Shown: piece by piece, positions 39,704-49,642 of the stretch
Position numbering within the stretch: the stretch's first letter is position 1
Layout: each line of letters opens with the position of its first letter
Origin: Candidatus Binatia bacterium
Lineage (GTDB): Bacteria; Desulfobacterota; Binatia; UBA9968; JAJDTQ01
Assembly (NCBI GenBank): GCA_022824205.1
Contig: JAJEAI010000171.1
Location: 1,193-65,192, forward strand
Direction of reading: 5' to 3'
Length of the DNA: 64,000 bases
Made by a program: the position numbers and the translations under genes
Notes under the pieces: model-generated
Databases searched by the model: none
Seen by the model: the letters and a program-made list of their open reading frames with translations, nothing else
What the model was told of the DNA's origin: nothing

Positions 39704-40744
39704 CTAGGAGTCAGGCACGAGCACCGGCTTGAGAGCCTCCCCGTCCCGGATGAGCTGAAATCCGCGGGTTGCTTCGGAGAGCGGCAGGACGTGGCTTCGG
39801 ACCGGGGCGAGATCGACGGCGCCGGCCGCGAGCAGTTCGGTGGCGCGCTGCCAGGTCTGCCAGATGAGCCGGCCGTGGATGTTGTGCAGCACCGGGCACT
39901 TGAGCAGCCAGTAGGTGAAGTCCACGGGGATGGCCGCCGCCGGCGCGCCCACCAGCCGGAAGTCGCCGCCCTTGGCGAGGCAGGCGAAGACGGCGTTGAA
40001 GCCGGCTTCGGTGCCCGACAGTTCCACGCCGACGTCCGCGCCCGCTCCGCCCGTCATGTCGCCCACCACGCTCGCCAGGTCCTCGTTCCCGGGGTCCACC
40101 GCGCGGTCCGCGCCCATGGTCTCGGCCGCCCGCAGCCGCACCGGGTTGATGTCGCAGGCGATGACCCTTCCAGCGCCCAAAGCGCGCGCCGCCGCCACCG
40201 CCATGAGCCCGATGGGGCCGCAGCCGTTCACCAGCACGGACAGGCCGGACACCCCAACGCCCGCGAGACAGGCATGAACGGCGATGCCGAAGGGCTCCAG
40301 CATGGCCGCGGTCTCGTGCGGAAGGCCCGGCGGGTTCACCCATGCGATGGACGCGGGCACCGTCAGGTACTCGGCGAACGCGCCGTCGATGTCGATGCCG
40401 GGGTAGCGGGTCTTCTCGCAAAGATGGGCGCGTCCGAGCCGGCAGGCCCGGCAGCGTCCGCAAAAGATGTGGCTCTCGAGGCTGACCCGATCGCCCACGG
40501 CGAGGCCCACCTCGACCCCCGGCTCCACGGCCTCCACCGTGCCCGAGACCTCATGGCCGAGGACCCGCGGCAGCACCATCCGGCGCGCCATGCGCGGCGC
40601 CCAGTTGTAGATCTGCATGTCGGTGCCGCAGATGCCGGCGGCGCCGACCCGGATCAGTATCTCACCGGAACCGGGCTCCCGCGGCTCCGTCTCCCGGACC
40701 GCGATGCCGCCTGCCTCGGGCGCGATCTTCTGAAGGCTCAGCAA
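39704..40744 (-). CDS. Zn-dependent alcohol dehydrogenase (MDR family)
   Basis: GICGTDM..GHE...C..C..C, 346 aa. Confidence 0.85.
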   Translation of the reverse strand: MLSLQKIAPEAGGIAVRETEPREPGSGEILIRVGAAGICGTDMQIYNWAPRMARRMVLPRVLGHEVSGTVEAVEPGVEVGLAVGDRVSLESHIFCGRCRACRLGRAHLCEKTRYPGIDIDGAFAEYLTVPASIAWVNPPGLPHETAAMLEPFGIAVHACLAGVGVSGLSVLVNGCGPIGLMAVAAARALGAGRVIACDINPVRLRAAETMGADRAVDPGNEDLASVVGDMTGGAGADVGVELSGTEAGFNAVFACLAKGGDFRLVGAPAAAIPVDFTYWLLKCPVLHNIHGRLIWQTWQRATELLAAGAVDLAPVRSHVLPLSEATRGFQLIRDGEALKPVLVPDS

Positions 40745-40762
40745 GGGGATCTCTACAGGTCT

Positions 40763-41269
40763 CTACAGGTGATAGATGTCCACCGGCCCTTCGAGCCGGT
40801 CGTCGATGAAGACGATCTTCTTGCGCGCGATCCTGAGCGCGCCGTCGATCCGCCGGAACGCGAAGTCGTAGCGGCTGCCGCGGGTCTGTGCCCCCTTCTT
40901 GCCGTAGACGTGCACGATGCAGTTGGCGGTGGCCTCGACCGCGTTCCCCTGCGCGCGCTCCACCAGCACGTTGCCGATGACGTGCACCGTGCGGTCGAGC
41001 GGAAGCGAAGCCCAGGACTGGCGCGACCCGATGCGGAAAACGCGGTCTTCGAGCCGGCCGCGGCCCTTGAGATAGAGCAGGTTGAGCTGGGTCTCGGGAT
41101 CGCTGGTGGTCTCCTCTTCGCTGGCCCAGGCCGGAGCCCAGTACACGGCGTCCTCGGCATAGAGGTCGAGCCACTCCTCCCAGCGGCGCCGGTCCAGCAG
41201 CATGGCCTCGCGGCTGATCAGCGCCGCCACCTCGCGTTCCAGAGCGGCGTCGATGCCGTTCGCGCTCAT
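40763..41269 (-). CDS. Aromatic-ring-hydroxylating dioxygenase beta subunit
   Basis: SnoaL-like small subunit, 168 aa. The ATGA overlaps the alpha-subunit stop. Confidence 0.8.
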   Translation of the reverse strand: MSANGIDAALEREVAALISREAMLLDRRRWEEWLDLYAEDAVYWAPAWASEEETTSDPETQLNLLYLKGRGRLEDRVFRIGSRQSWASLPLDRTVHVIGNVLVERAQGNAVEATANCIVHVYGKKGAQTRGSRYDFAFRRIDGALRIARKKIVFIDDRLEGPVDIYHL

Positions 41270-42666
41270 GCGCCGGCCGCTCCGTTCTCCGACGGCCTCG
41301 GCGCGCCGCCCGCTCCGTACTCCAGCCGCTCCAGCCACGTGCGGTAGAAGCCGTGGAACATGCCCTCGTGCTCCCAGTCCGGGCAGGACGCCGCCGCCTC
41401 GAAACCCAGTTCGCGGGCGTCCCGGTCGGGGCCGGCCACCATGACGTCCATGCCGCGGGTCATGTCGTTCCACTGGCTTGGCGGTCCCAGGGAGCCGTCC
41501 TGGATGGCTTCGAGGGCGGCGGCATCGTCCGACGTCGCCATCCCGGCCGTCAGGTAGAAGTCCTCGAACTTCCTGAGACGCGCGGCCCGTGCCGTGTCGC
41601 TCTCTCCCTTGGGCGCGATGCAGTAGACCGTGACCTCGGTCAATCGGGGCGACACCGGCTTCACGAACCGGATCTGCGTCGACGGGTTGTCCATCAGCAT
41701 CACGTTGGGAAAGAGGTAGAGGTTGCGGCCGCGGTTGAGTATCCACTCCACCTCTGCCGGCTCGAGACTCTCTACGAGCCACGCCCGCGCTTCGTAGATC
41801 GGACGGACATCCGGCGTGGTGTGCATCGCCCACAACCCCATGTGCCCGTTGCCCAGGTCGTAGGTGCCGCTGGGCACCTTGCCCTTGATGCGCCCGGACT
41901 CGGTCCGGCGCATGCCGGCGGTGGTGTCCCGGGCGTCGCGCTGGGCCACGGTGGCGGCGAAGACGCTGTGGAGGGTGGTCACGTGGTAGCCGTCGACGCT
42001 GTTCTCGGCCTGCAACTTCCAGTTGCCGTGGACCACGTAGGTGGAGCAGCCGGGCACCACCTCCAGCCCGTCCCGTCCCTGATCGGCCAGCAGGTCGATC
42101 CAGCGCGCCGCCGCCCCCAGATGGTCCCGGAGCGGGGGCACGTCGCTCCGCAGGCTCCCGAACACGAACCCCTTGTAGGAGTCGAGGGCGCCGATCCTCT
42201 GCAGGTTGAAGCGCTCGCGCGCGCCTTCCGAAACCGGGTAGCCCAACTCTTCGTTCTTGATCTTGACGCAGCGTCCACCGCGGTCGTACACCCAGCCGTG
42301 GAAGCGGCAGGTCAGCACGTTGGCGCTACCCTGCTTGAGGGGGGTCAGCACCGCGCCCCGATGGGAGCAGACATTGATGAAGCAGCCCAGCGATCCGTCG
42401 GTCTGGCGCATCACGAAAACCGCCTGGCGGCCGATTTCCGTCGACCAATAGTCGCCCGGCCTCTCCACCTGGCTTTCGTGGCAGAGAAACACCCAGCCGC
42501 CCTCGAAGATGCGCTCGATCTCCGCCTGAAAGACCGCATCGTCGGTGTAGACCGCCCGGTCGACGCGAAAGACCCCCTCGTCGACCCGGTCATCCACCAG
42601 GTGGCGGAAGCCGTCCCGTTCCGCCCCACGGTTCATCTCATGGCCCGTTCGTTCGTTCCGCATCAT
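41266..42666 (-). CDS. Rieske non-haem-iron aromatic-ring-hydroxylating dioxygenase alpha subunit
   Basis: CSHRG...CRFHGW Rieske motif plus catalytic domain. Start chosen at MMRNER... Confidence 0.85.
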   Translation of the reverse strand: MMRNERTGHEMNRGAERDGFRHLVDDRVDEGVFRVDRAVYTDDAVFQAEIERIFEGGWVFLCHESQVERPGDYWSTEIGRQAVFVMRQTDGSLGCFINVCSHRGAVLTPLKQGSANVLTCRFHGWVYDRGGRCVKIKNEELGYPVSEGARERFNLQRIGALDSYKGFVFGSLRSDVPPLRDHLGAAARWIDLLADQGRDGLEVVPGCSTYVVHGNWKLQAENSVDGYHVTTLHSVFAATVAQRDARDTTAGMRRTESGRIKGKVPSGTYDLGNGHMGLWAMHTTPDVRPIYEARAWLVESLEPAEVEWILNRGRNLYLFPNVMLMDNPSTQIRFVKPVSPRLTEVTVYCIAPKGESDTARAARLRKFEDFYLTAGMATSDDAAALEAIQDGSLGPPSQWNDMTRGMDVMVAGPDRDARELGFEAAASCPDWEHEGMFHGFYRTWLERLEYGAGGAPRPSENGAAGA

Positions 42667-42866
42667 TGCCTTCTTCACCGTATGGCCGCCGTCTCGGTGC
42701 ACAACTCCACGAATTGCAGTAAACTGCCCGGAACGGTGTCCGTCGTGGTCCGACGACACGCTTCTCCTTCGGTGAAAACTACAGGAAGTTGGTCGCACGG
42801 ATCAAGGACGGATGGCGCCCGCGAACGGTGCGTTAGCGAATCGACCAAGCTGGAATTCAACCACGA

Positions 42867-44210
42867 ATGACGGAACGCGTTTCCATACTCGCCATCGGCG
42901 ACGTGCATCTGGGCACCGCCTGTTCGGGAGTGCCCGAGGGAATGGCGGACCGCGGCGTCGACCCGCATGAGTTGACGCCCGCGGCCGCGCTCGCGGGTTG
43001 CGTGGATCTGGCGGTGAAGGAGCGTGTCGACGCCGTGCTCTTCGCCGGCGACGTCGTGGAGAGCACCAACGCGAGATTCGAGGCCATGGCGCCCCTCGAG
43101 GAGAGCGTCCGGCGGCTGGTCGACGCCGGAATCGAGGTCATCGCCGTTGCCGGCAACCACGACGTCGAGGCTCTGCCGCGGCTCGCGGCTCTGATCGACG
43201 GCTTCACCCTGTTGGGCGCCGGCGGCCGCTGGGAGACGCGAACGATACCCAAGGACCGGCCCCCGGTGGCCCAGGTGGTGGGCTGGTCTTTCGCTGAAGA
43301 GCGCGTGCGCCACAGCCCGGTGGCGGAGCTTCTGAAACAGCCGTTGGCTGTGCCCTCGCCGCCGGTCCCCAGGATCGGTCTGCTGCACGCGGATCTGGAC
43401 GCGTCCGGCGGACACTACGCACCCATCCGGCAGTCGGAGCTGGACGACACCGGCTATGGCGCCTGGCTCCTGGGGCACATCCACAAGCCCTCGATCGAGG
43501 GGCTGGCGGCGTCGAACGGGACCCGGCCGTGCGGTTATCTCGGTTCGCTCGTGGGTCTCGACTTGTCGGAAACGGGTCCTCACGGTCCCTGGCTCCTCGA
43601 TGTATCTCGTGAGGGCGCCCTCGCGTGCAGACAGATTCCCCTCGCCCCTCTCCGATGGGAGCGCGTGACGGTGTCCGTGGACGGGCTCGAACATGTGGAC
43701 GATGTGCCCGACCGTTTGATGAGCGAAGCCGAGACCCGGGTGCGCCGGCTCGGGGAAGTGGACCGCCTCCCCCGAGCCCTCGGCCTGCGTGTGCATCTCA
43801 CCGGGACGACCGGCTGTTACGAGGGACTCCGGCGCTGGATCGAGGGCGAAGCATGGCGCTCCATGGGGCGGGTGGTGGAAGGCACCGGCGTCTTCTTCAG
43901 CGACGTCGTCGACGCCATGGCGCTGCCGTTGGACCTGGAGGCCATTGCCGCGGGAGACGATCCCGCCGCCCTGGTGGCCCAGAGGCTCCTGGTGCTCGGA
44001 CGCGACGACGAACGGTCGAGGAAGCTCCTCGCCGAGGCCCGCGCGGAGATGGACGGAACCGCTCGCGAGTTGGTGTGGCAGCCCGTTCACGAACACCGCC
44101 ATGCCGCGGACCCCCTGTCGGACGACGCCCTGCGCGACGTTCTGGTGCGGGCGGGAAGGGCGGTCCTCAGCGCCATGATGGCCGGCCGCGAGCAAGGCGA
44201 TTCGACGTGA
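42867..44210 (+). CDS. SbcD/Mre11-like metallophosphoesterase (DNA repair exonuclease-like)
   Basis: GDVHLG, AGDVVE, GNHD and GHIH phosphoesterase motifs. Divergent C-terminal half. Confidence 0.8.
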   Translation: MTERVSILAIGDVHLGTACSGVPEGMADRGVDPHELTPAAALAGCVDLAVKERVDAVLFAGDVVESTNARFEAMAPLEESVRRLVDAGIEVIAVAGNHDVEALPRLAALIDGFTLLGAGGRWETRTIPKDRPPVAQVVGWSFAEERVRHSPVAELLKQPLAVPSPPVPRIGLLHADLDASGGHYAPIRQSELDDTGYGAWLLGHIHKPSIEGLAASNGTRPCGYLGSLVGLDLSETGPHGPWLLDVSREGALACRQIPLAPLRWERVTVSVDGLEHVDDVPDRLMSEAETRVRRLGEVDRLPRALGLRVHLTGTTGCYEGLRRWIEGEAWRSMGRVVEGTGVFFSDVVDAMALPLDLEAIAAGDDPAALVAQRLLVLGRDDERSRKLLAEARAEMDGTARELVWQPVHEHRHAADPLSDDALRDVLVRAGRAVLSAMMAGREQGDST

Positions 44211-47200
44211 AACTGAAGCGGCTCGCCATCAATCGGCTGCCGGGCATCAGCCAACCCTTCGAGATCGAAGCGTCCGGGGCGGGCCTCCACGTCGTGTTCG
44301 GACCCAACGGGATCGGCAAGTCGAGCATCTGCCGCGCCGTCGAGGGGTTGTACTGGGAAGACCGCCATCCTTCTCCACTCACGTCGGTAACCGGGGAGTT
44401 CGAATGGGACCGTGAGTCGTGGTGGGTACACCGCGACGGGACGCGCGTCACTTGGCAACGCAACGGCACCGGCAGCGTTTCTCCGAGTCTTCCCTCGTCC
44501 CACCATGAGCGTTGCTTCTTCCTGCGCCTGTGGGACCTGATCGAGCCCTCCCGTGACGGCGCCGCCGACATCGCCGCGGAGATCCGGCGCCAGATGTCCG
44601 GCGGATTCGACCTGGACGAGATTGCTTCCGGCCTCTTCCCCGGCGTGAGCCGCAACCAGGGCCGGCGGCAACGCGACGACTTCAACAATGCCTCGGAAGC
44701 GGTGGCGAAGACCGTGGCACGGCAGAGCGGCCTCCAGGGGCGCGCGGATCGACTCGGCAGGTTGAGGAGCGATCTCGTGGAAGCGGAAACCGCCGCCCGC
44801 CGGCGCCCCTTCGTGGAGCGCGCCATCGGGCTCGCGCGCCGCCGGAAGGAATTGGCCCGCGTCGTGGAACAGGTCGCGGCGCTGCCCGCGCCGTTGGCCA
44901 AGCTCACCGGCAAGGAGGTCGACGAGGTCCGGCGTTACCAAGACCAAGCGGGCACGTTCACCGAGCGGATGCGCTCGCTGGAAGAGGACTTGCGCCGGGC
45001 GCGCGATAACCGGCGGGAAACCGCCCTCGACCGCCCCGTCGATCGAGCCGAGCTTGCCGTGTGGCGCCAGAAGGCGGACGACCTGCGGCGCGCCGAACAG
45101 GCTCTCGATGTGGCGCGAAGCGAACGCGGGGCCACCGGGAGAGCGCTTGCCTCGGCTTTGTCGGCCGTGGGCGGAGCTGACGTTGACAGGATCTCGTTCA
45201 CACCGTTCGAACACGGCGAGCTGTTCGACTTCCTGCGTTCCAGCCAGGCCCACGGCGCCCGTGCCGGCGCCATTCGGGAACGGTTGCGTCTCATCAAGCA
45301 CGTTGACCTGCCAGAAGGCGCCGAACAACAACTCGCCACGTACCGGGAGGCAACGGAAGCCCTGCGGTCGTGGCTGCGCGTGCCCGAGCCGGACGGTCCT
45401 GTCCGCCGGCTGCGCAACCGGTGGCCCTGGCTCCTGCTTGCTCTCGCGCTGGTGCTGGCCGGCGCCGGACTGGCCGCGATGGCCGATCCCGGCGCCAGCT
45501 TCATCGGCTCCCTCGTCGGTGATCTCGTCCCGCCCGTGCCGTCCGGACTCGCTTCCCTTTCCGCGCTGCTTCTGGGGGTGGGAGGCGGCGTTGCCTTGGC
45601 CGTACTCCTGATGGGCGATCAGCGGCGCTCCATGGCGGCCAGAAGGGCCGCGCGGGAGGCGTTCGAAAGGCTGGCCGCCGACGGCCCCGACAAGTGGGAG
45701 CTTTCGTCCGTGGCGGTCCTCCTGCGCCAACTGGAGCGGCGGATCGCGGCGGCCGAGGCGTGGTTGCAACGGGTGCGCGACCGGGACGTGGAACGGCAAG
45801 CGCTCGAAAACGAGTTGAAGGGTTTGTCCGGACAGGAGGCCGCCCTCGCGGCCCGCCGGGAGGAGCTCCAGGACAGACTGGGCATGGATGCGCTGCCGCA
45901 CGACGCGGAGCTGGTGGACTTTGCCCGCGCCCTGGACCAGCTTCGCCAGACCCGTGCCGGCGACGAAGCCGCGGCGGGCAAGTTGGAAGCCCTTGAGCGA
46001 CAACATGCGTCCCTCCTGGCGGAACTGGCCGCGGTCCTGGAGCAGCATGGCGAGCCGGCGCCGGGAGATGCTGCCACGGCGGCGGCGCGTATCCACAACG
46101 TGGCGGACCGCAATACGCGGTTGGATAAGGCGATCTCCGACGAACGCCACGTGGCCGCTCAACTCGAGGAGAATACCGCCAACCGCGAAGCAGCCCTCGC
46201 CGCCATCCGGCGGATCTACTGCGAGGCGTCGTTGAAGGAGGGAGATCTGGACGGCCTCCTGTCGCTCCTCGGCTCCTTGCAGCTCTATCGCGACCTGGTC
46301 CACGAAAAGACGAGCCTCGATGGCCAGATCGGCCTGGACCGCGCGGATCTCGAAAAGGCCGGGGAATCCGCCCTGGCGGAATGCGACGAGCCCACCCTCC
46401 ATGAGATCAAGCAGGAACTATCCGGCCAGGAGTCGAGCGCCGATGAGTTGAGGGCCGAGATTGCCGAGATCACCGCCGAGATGAACGCGGCCAGGCGCGG
46501 CAACGGGATGCAGGAACTTCTTGCCGCCCGTGAAGCCGCCCGCGCCGGGTTGCGGGATCTCCGCGACCGGGCGCTGTACGCGAAGGCGGGGAGATTCTTC
46601 ATCCAGGCGGTCGAAGCGGAGTATGAGCACAACCGGCTGCCGCGCGTCTTCGAACGCGCCCGCAACCATTTTTCCGGGTTCACACATCACAACTTCCAAC
46701 TGGAGCTGGACAAGGGCAGCGAGACTCCCCGGCTGTACGCGCGGGAATCGCGCAGCGGGGAGACGCGGGAACTGGATGAGCTGTCGGACGGCACACGCGC
46801 CCAACTGCTGTTGGCGGCGCGCATCGCCTACGCCGAGGAGGTGGAGCAGGGCAAGGTCCTGCCGCTGTTTCTGGATGAAGCGCTCGACCAGAGCGACCCC
46901 CAGCGGTTCGAGGCCATCGTGCGCAGTCTCGGGCGCGTGGCCCGGGAACAGGACCGCCAGATCTTCTATCTCACCAGCGACCCATTGGACGTCCACCGCA
47001 TCAGGGACGCCCTCGGCAAGGAGGAGTGCCGCATCGCCGCCGCCATCGACCTGGGCCGGATACGAACGAAGGCCGCGAGCGTCAGCGGCGCGGATGCGCT
47101 CCGCGTCGATCCGGCACCGACGGTTCCGGCGCCCGATCATCTTTCCCTGGAGGAGTACGGTGCGGCCCTCGCCGTGCCCGAGTTCCGTCCGGATCTCGGC

Positions 47201-47773
47201 TACGCGGAGCAGCATTTCTACTATGTGCTGTGGGATGACCTGAACCTGCTGCGCGATTTCCTGTTGAACCGCATCGAGCGAGCCGGACAGTGGCAGACGG
47301 TCCGCGGCACGCCCCTCGCCGAGAGCCTGGGGTCCGGTTCGATCACTCCCGAGGAGATCACCGCGCGGCTGGAGCTGCTGGAAGTCTTTTGCGAGTTGTG
47401 GACGCAGGGAAGGAGCCGTCCCGTCGACCGCGCCGCGTTGGAGGACAGCGACGCCCTCACCGAACGCTACCTGGAGGACGTGGTGACCATCGCACGGGAA
47501 CTGGACGGTGATCCCGTGAGACTCCTCGCTGCCCTCGACGAAGCCCGGGACCCGAGGCTGCGCGGTTTCCGCCAGACCAGCGTCGAGCGCCTGCAGCGTT
47601 ATCTGACCGACGCCGGCTACCTCGACGAACGCCCCATTCTCACCGAGTCCGACCTCACCCTGCGCGCGTGCATCACCCCCGTCGCCGCCCGCATGCCAGA
47701 CCGCGTCACCAACGACTGCCTCAGGCGCTGGTGGGGTTGGGCGCGGAACGCGTCGGAACTCGGAGCGCGATGA
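44207..47773 (+). CDS. SMC/SbcC/YhaN-like AAA ATPase with internal hydrophobic segments (~1188 aa)
   Basis: GTG start overlapping the SbcD stop. Walker A GPNGIGKSS, signature LSDGTRAQ, Walker B LFLDEALD, long coiled-coil. Predicted TM stretch ...WPWLLLALALVLAGAGLAAMA...LLGVGGGVALAVLLMG. No CxxC zinc hook seen. Confidence 0.8.
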   Translation: MKLKRLAINRLPGISQPFEIEASGAGLHVVFGPNGIGKSSICRAVEGLYWEDRHPSPLTSVTGEFEWDRESWWVHRDGTRVTWQRNGTGSVSPSLPSSHHERCFFLRLWDLIEPSRDGAADIAAEIRRQMSGGFDLDEIASGLFPGVSRNQGRRQRDDFNNASEAVAKTVARQSGLQGRADRLGRLRSDLVEAETAARRRPFVERAIGLARRRKELARVVEQVAALPAPLAKLTGKEVDEVRRYQDQAGTFTERMRSLEEDLRRARDNRRETALDRPVDRAELAVWRQKADDLRRAEQALDVARSERGATGRALASALSAVGGADVDRISFTPFEHGELFDFLRSSQAHGARAGAIRERLRLIKHVDLPEGAEQQLATYREATEALRSWLRVPEPDGPVRRLRNRWPWLLLALALVLAGAGLAAMADPGASFIGSLVGDLVPPVPSGLASLSALLLGVGGGVALAVLLMGDQRRSMAARRAAREAFERLAADGPDKWELSSVAVLLRQLERRIAAAEAWLQRVRDRDVERQALENELKGLSGQEAALAARREELQDRLGMDALPHDAELVDFARALDQLRQTRAGDEAAAGKLEALERQHASLLAELAAVLEQHGEPAPGDAATAAARIHNVADRNTRLDKAISDERHVAAQLEENTANREAALAAIRRIYCEASLKEGDLDGLLSLLGSLQLYRDLVHEKTSLDGQIGLDRADLEKAGESALAECDEPTLHEIKQELSGQESSADELRAEIAEITAEMNAARRGNGMQELLAAREAARAGLRDLRDRALYAKAGRFFIQAVEAEYEHNRLPRVFERARNHFSGFTHHNFQLELDKGSETPRLYARESRSGETRELDELSDGTRAQLLLAARIAYAEEVEQGKVLPLFLDEALDQSDPQRFEAIVRSLGRVAREQDRQIFYLTSDPLDVHRIRDALGKEECRIAAAIDLGRIRTKAASVSGADALRVDPAPTVPAPDHLSLEEYGAALAVPEFRPDLGYAEQHFYYVLWDDLNLLRDFLLNRIERAGQWQTVRGTPLAESLGSGSITPEEITARLELLEVFCELWTQGRSRPVDRAALEDSDALTERYLEDVVTIARELDGDPVRLLAALDEARDPRLRGFRQTSVERLQRYLTDAGYLDERPILTESDLTLRACITPVAARMPDRVTNDCLRRWWGWARNASELGAR

Positions 47774-48459
47774 TGTCGTTGGGGCGAGGCTTTACGATTG
47801 GTCTCTACGTCATCGTGCCCCCCGAGTACAGGCGGCTCGGCTGTTTGCCAGCGGAGCAATTCGTCCCGGCTCTCATGGAGCGCCGGGGCCTCCCGTACTA
47901 CGTCGGCCTTCTGTCCGCAGCGCAGTACCACGGTGCGGCTCACCATCGTCCGCAGGAATTCCAGGTGCTCATCGAGAAGAACAGACCCGTGTTCGCCTGC
48001 GGTTCGGTCAAGGTGGCCTTTGTCGCGCGCTGGAACATGCTTGTCGTCCCGGTTCAGAGCTTCAATAATCCTCGGGGAACGGTTCTGGTTTCGACCGTGG
48101 AGGCCACGGCGGTCGACGTTGTCGGATACATGCACCGCGCTGGCGGAGTGGATAGGGTCACCGGAGTCTTCTCCGAACTCGCCGACGACATGGAGCCCCA
48201 GCGCCTCGTCGATGCTTCGAATACGGCGTCGATCCTCTGGGCCCAGCGCCTGGGCTACCTCCTTGAACATGTCGGAGCCGGAAAAAAGGCCGCGCTTCTC
48301 AAGGATCACGTTCGAAAGATCGCACGAAACTTCACGAGACTGCTGCCGGGCGGGAATGTCGAAGGTGCGCCGCGATCGAATGACTGGCGGCTGTACATCA
48401 ACGCGGATGTCGACGGGATATGTGCAGCCGTGTCGGAGAACGGCGTCAGTTTACTGTGA
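47770..48459 (+). CDS. AbiEi/COG5340-like putative antitoxin/regulator-family protein (tentative), translationally coupled (ATGA) to the SMC-like gene
   Basis: ...YYVGLLSAAQYHGAAHHRPQEFQVLIEK... resembles the conserved core of AbiEi-type antitoxins. The assignment is from memory only. Confidence 0.45.
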   Translation: MMSLGRGFTIGLYVIVPPEYRRLGCLPAEQFVPALMERRGLPYYVGLLSAAQYHGAAHHRPQEFQVLIEKNRPVFACGSVKVAFVARWNMLVVPVQSFNNPRGTVLVSTVEATAVDVVGYMHRAGGVDRVTGVFSELADDMEPQRLVDASNTASILWAQRLGYLLEHVGAGKKAALLKDHVRKIARNFTRLLPGGNVEGAPRSNDWRLYINADVDGICAAVSENGVSLL

Positions 48460-49642
48460 GCGACCCCGCAGGCGACTGCGCCGGCAGCCCAAGAACTCTC
48501 ACCTCATCAATCAAGTATTCGACTTCCTTCCTGTCTCTCTCCGATAGTTGATCCGTATTTTGGATACCATAGACAAACCGAAGACTAAGGGTCTTTTTTC
48601 GCTTTGGATTCTCGATGGAGACGTTGCTCTTGGTCCAAGAAACACCGTCTTTGGGGTGATTCCCGCAAAAGGCAATTCGGTGGTTCCAACGTTCGTTGTC
48701 AAACTTATAGTACAAGTTTAGCGAGCTGTCGCAGTTATGTATATTACGTGTTCGTGGGTTCGAGGTGGATGTTTTCCAGAATTCGATCCGCACTCGTGAA
48801 TATGAGGAGACGTCCACGCTCGGTAGTTGTGCTGGGTTCGATGTTATGTACTTCCTGGTTGGCGGATTACCCTTCGGTATCACGTTCGCCGCAGAAGACG
48901 TTGAATTTGCCCCGCCTGCAGTAATTTCCCACTGCGGTGCGCCTCCGGCGGGTTCAAAAAATGGAAGGAACGGGTTGCTGTTGCGTTGTCGCAAGTCGAA
49001 GTTCACAGACACGAGCTCGTCGGCATTTGCCGATGTGACTTTGCGGGGTTCGGTGCTTGTTTGGGCGGGTCTCCGAACGTCAGGTAGTGAAACAGTAATC
49101 CAGTGGGCCAAGTCAGCGACGGCGCCATCACCGAATGTCAAGTCAACTCGCTGCGTCGTGCCGCAGCCGAACAGGCGGGGATGTGATGAACTTTTTTCAC
49201 ACGGATAGAAGACTAAAGGCCATTTTTGTGCTTGGAAAATAGGGCATTCTCCGACTATTGCAAGGTCTGCGTTCCAGGACGTTAGTAACGAGGCCGCCAC
49301 ACGGTCGATGTCCTTAGATGTGCTTGACGCGTAAGCGCGTGGGGGGTTTTCGGAAACACGGGCCGAACGGTGCAATGAAATCGCCTCAACCTTCTGAACG
49401 TTTTGCGCCAAAGCGGTTTGGCATTTTCCTCCCTTGTCGTTCTTCAGCCAGGAGAGGACCACGCGGCGCGTGTTGGAGGGCCATTGGGGGTCGGACACGA
49501 CGTATTTGATGTTGCCGAGCCCACGATGGACGCGGTGAAAAGAGGGGATTAGGTCGAGGACGGGGGTAAGCCAACTGATGAAAAGTCCGGCGAACAATGC
49601 AACGAGTAGTCTGATGGATTGGGCCGCGAAGAGCTTGTTCAA
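48446..49642 (-). CDS. Low-GC hypothetical protein with N-terminal TM anchor (putative TTG start)
   Basis: AT-rich 48.46-49.7 kb block. Frame continuous from (M)NKLFAAQSIRLLVALFAGLFISWLTPVL... to ...EVRVLGLPAQSPAGSLTVN*. The upstream 49.65-50.67 kb part of the track ORF is antisense to the aminotransferase and is rejected. Confidence 0.4.
   Translation of the reverse strand: MNKLFAAQSIRLLVALFAGLFISWLTPVLDLIPSFHRVHRGLGNIKYVVSDPQWPSNTRRVVLSWLKNDKGGKCQTALAQNVQKVEAISLHRSARVSENPPRAYASSTSKDIDRVAASLLTSWNADLAIVGECPIFQAQKWPLVFYPCEKSSSHPRLFGCGTTQRVDLTFGDGAVADLAHWITVSLPDVRRPAQTSTEPRKVTSANADELVSVNFDLRQRNSNPFLPFFEPAGGAPQWEITAGGANSTSSAANVIPKGNPPTRKYITSNPAQLPSVDVSSYSRVRIEFWKTSTSNPRTRNIHNCDSSLNLYYKFDNERWNHRIAFCGNHPKDGVSWTKSNVSIENPKRKKTLSLRFVYGIQNTDQLSERDRKEVEYLIDEVRVLGLPAQSPAGSLTVN

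Noticed and set aside
42675-47215. ORFs 42675-44195(-), 44087-46402(-), 46418-47215(-)
   Set aside because: Antisense to the SbcD-like and SMC-like genes.
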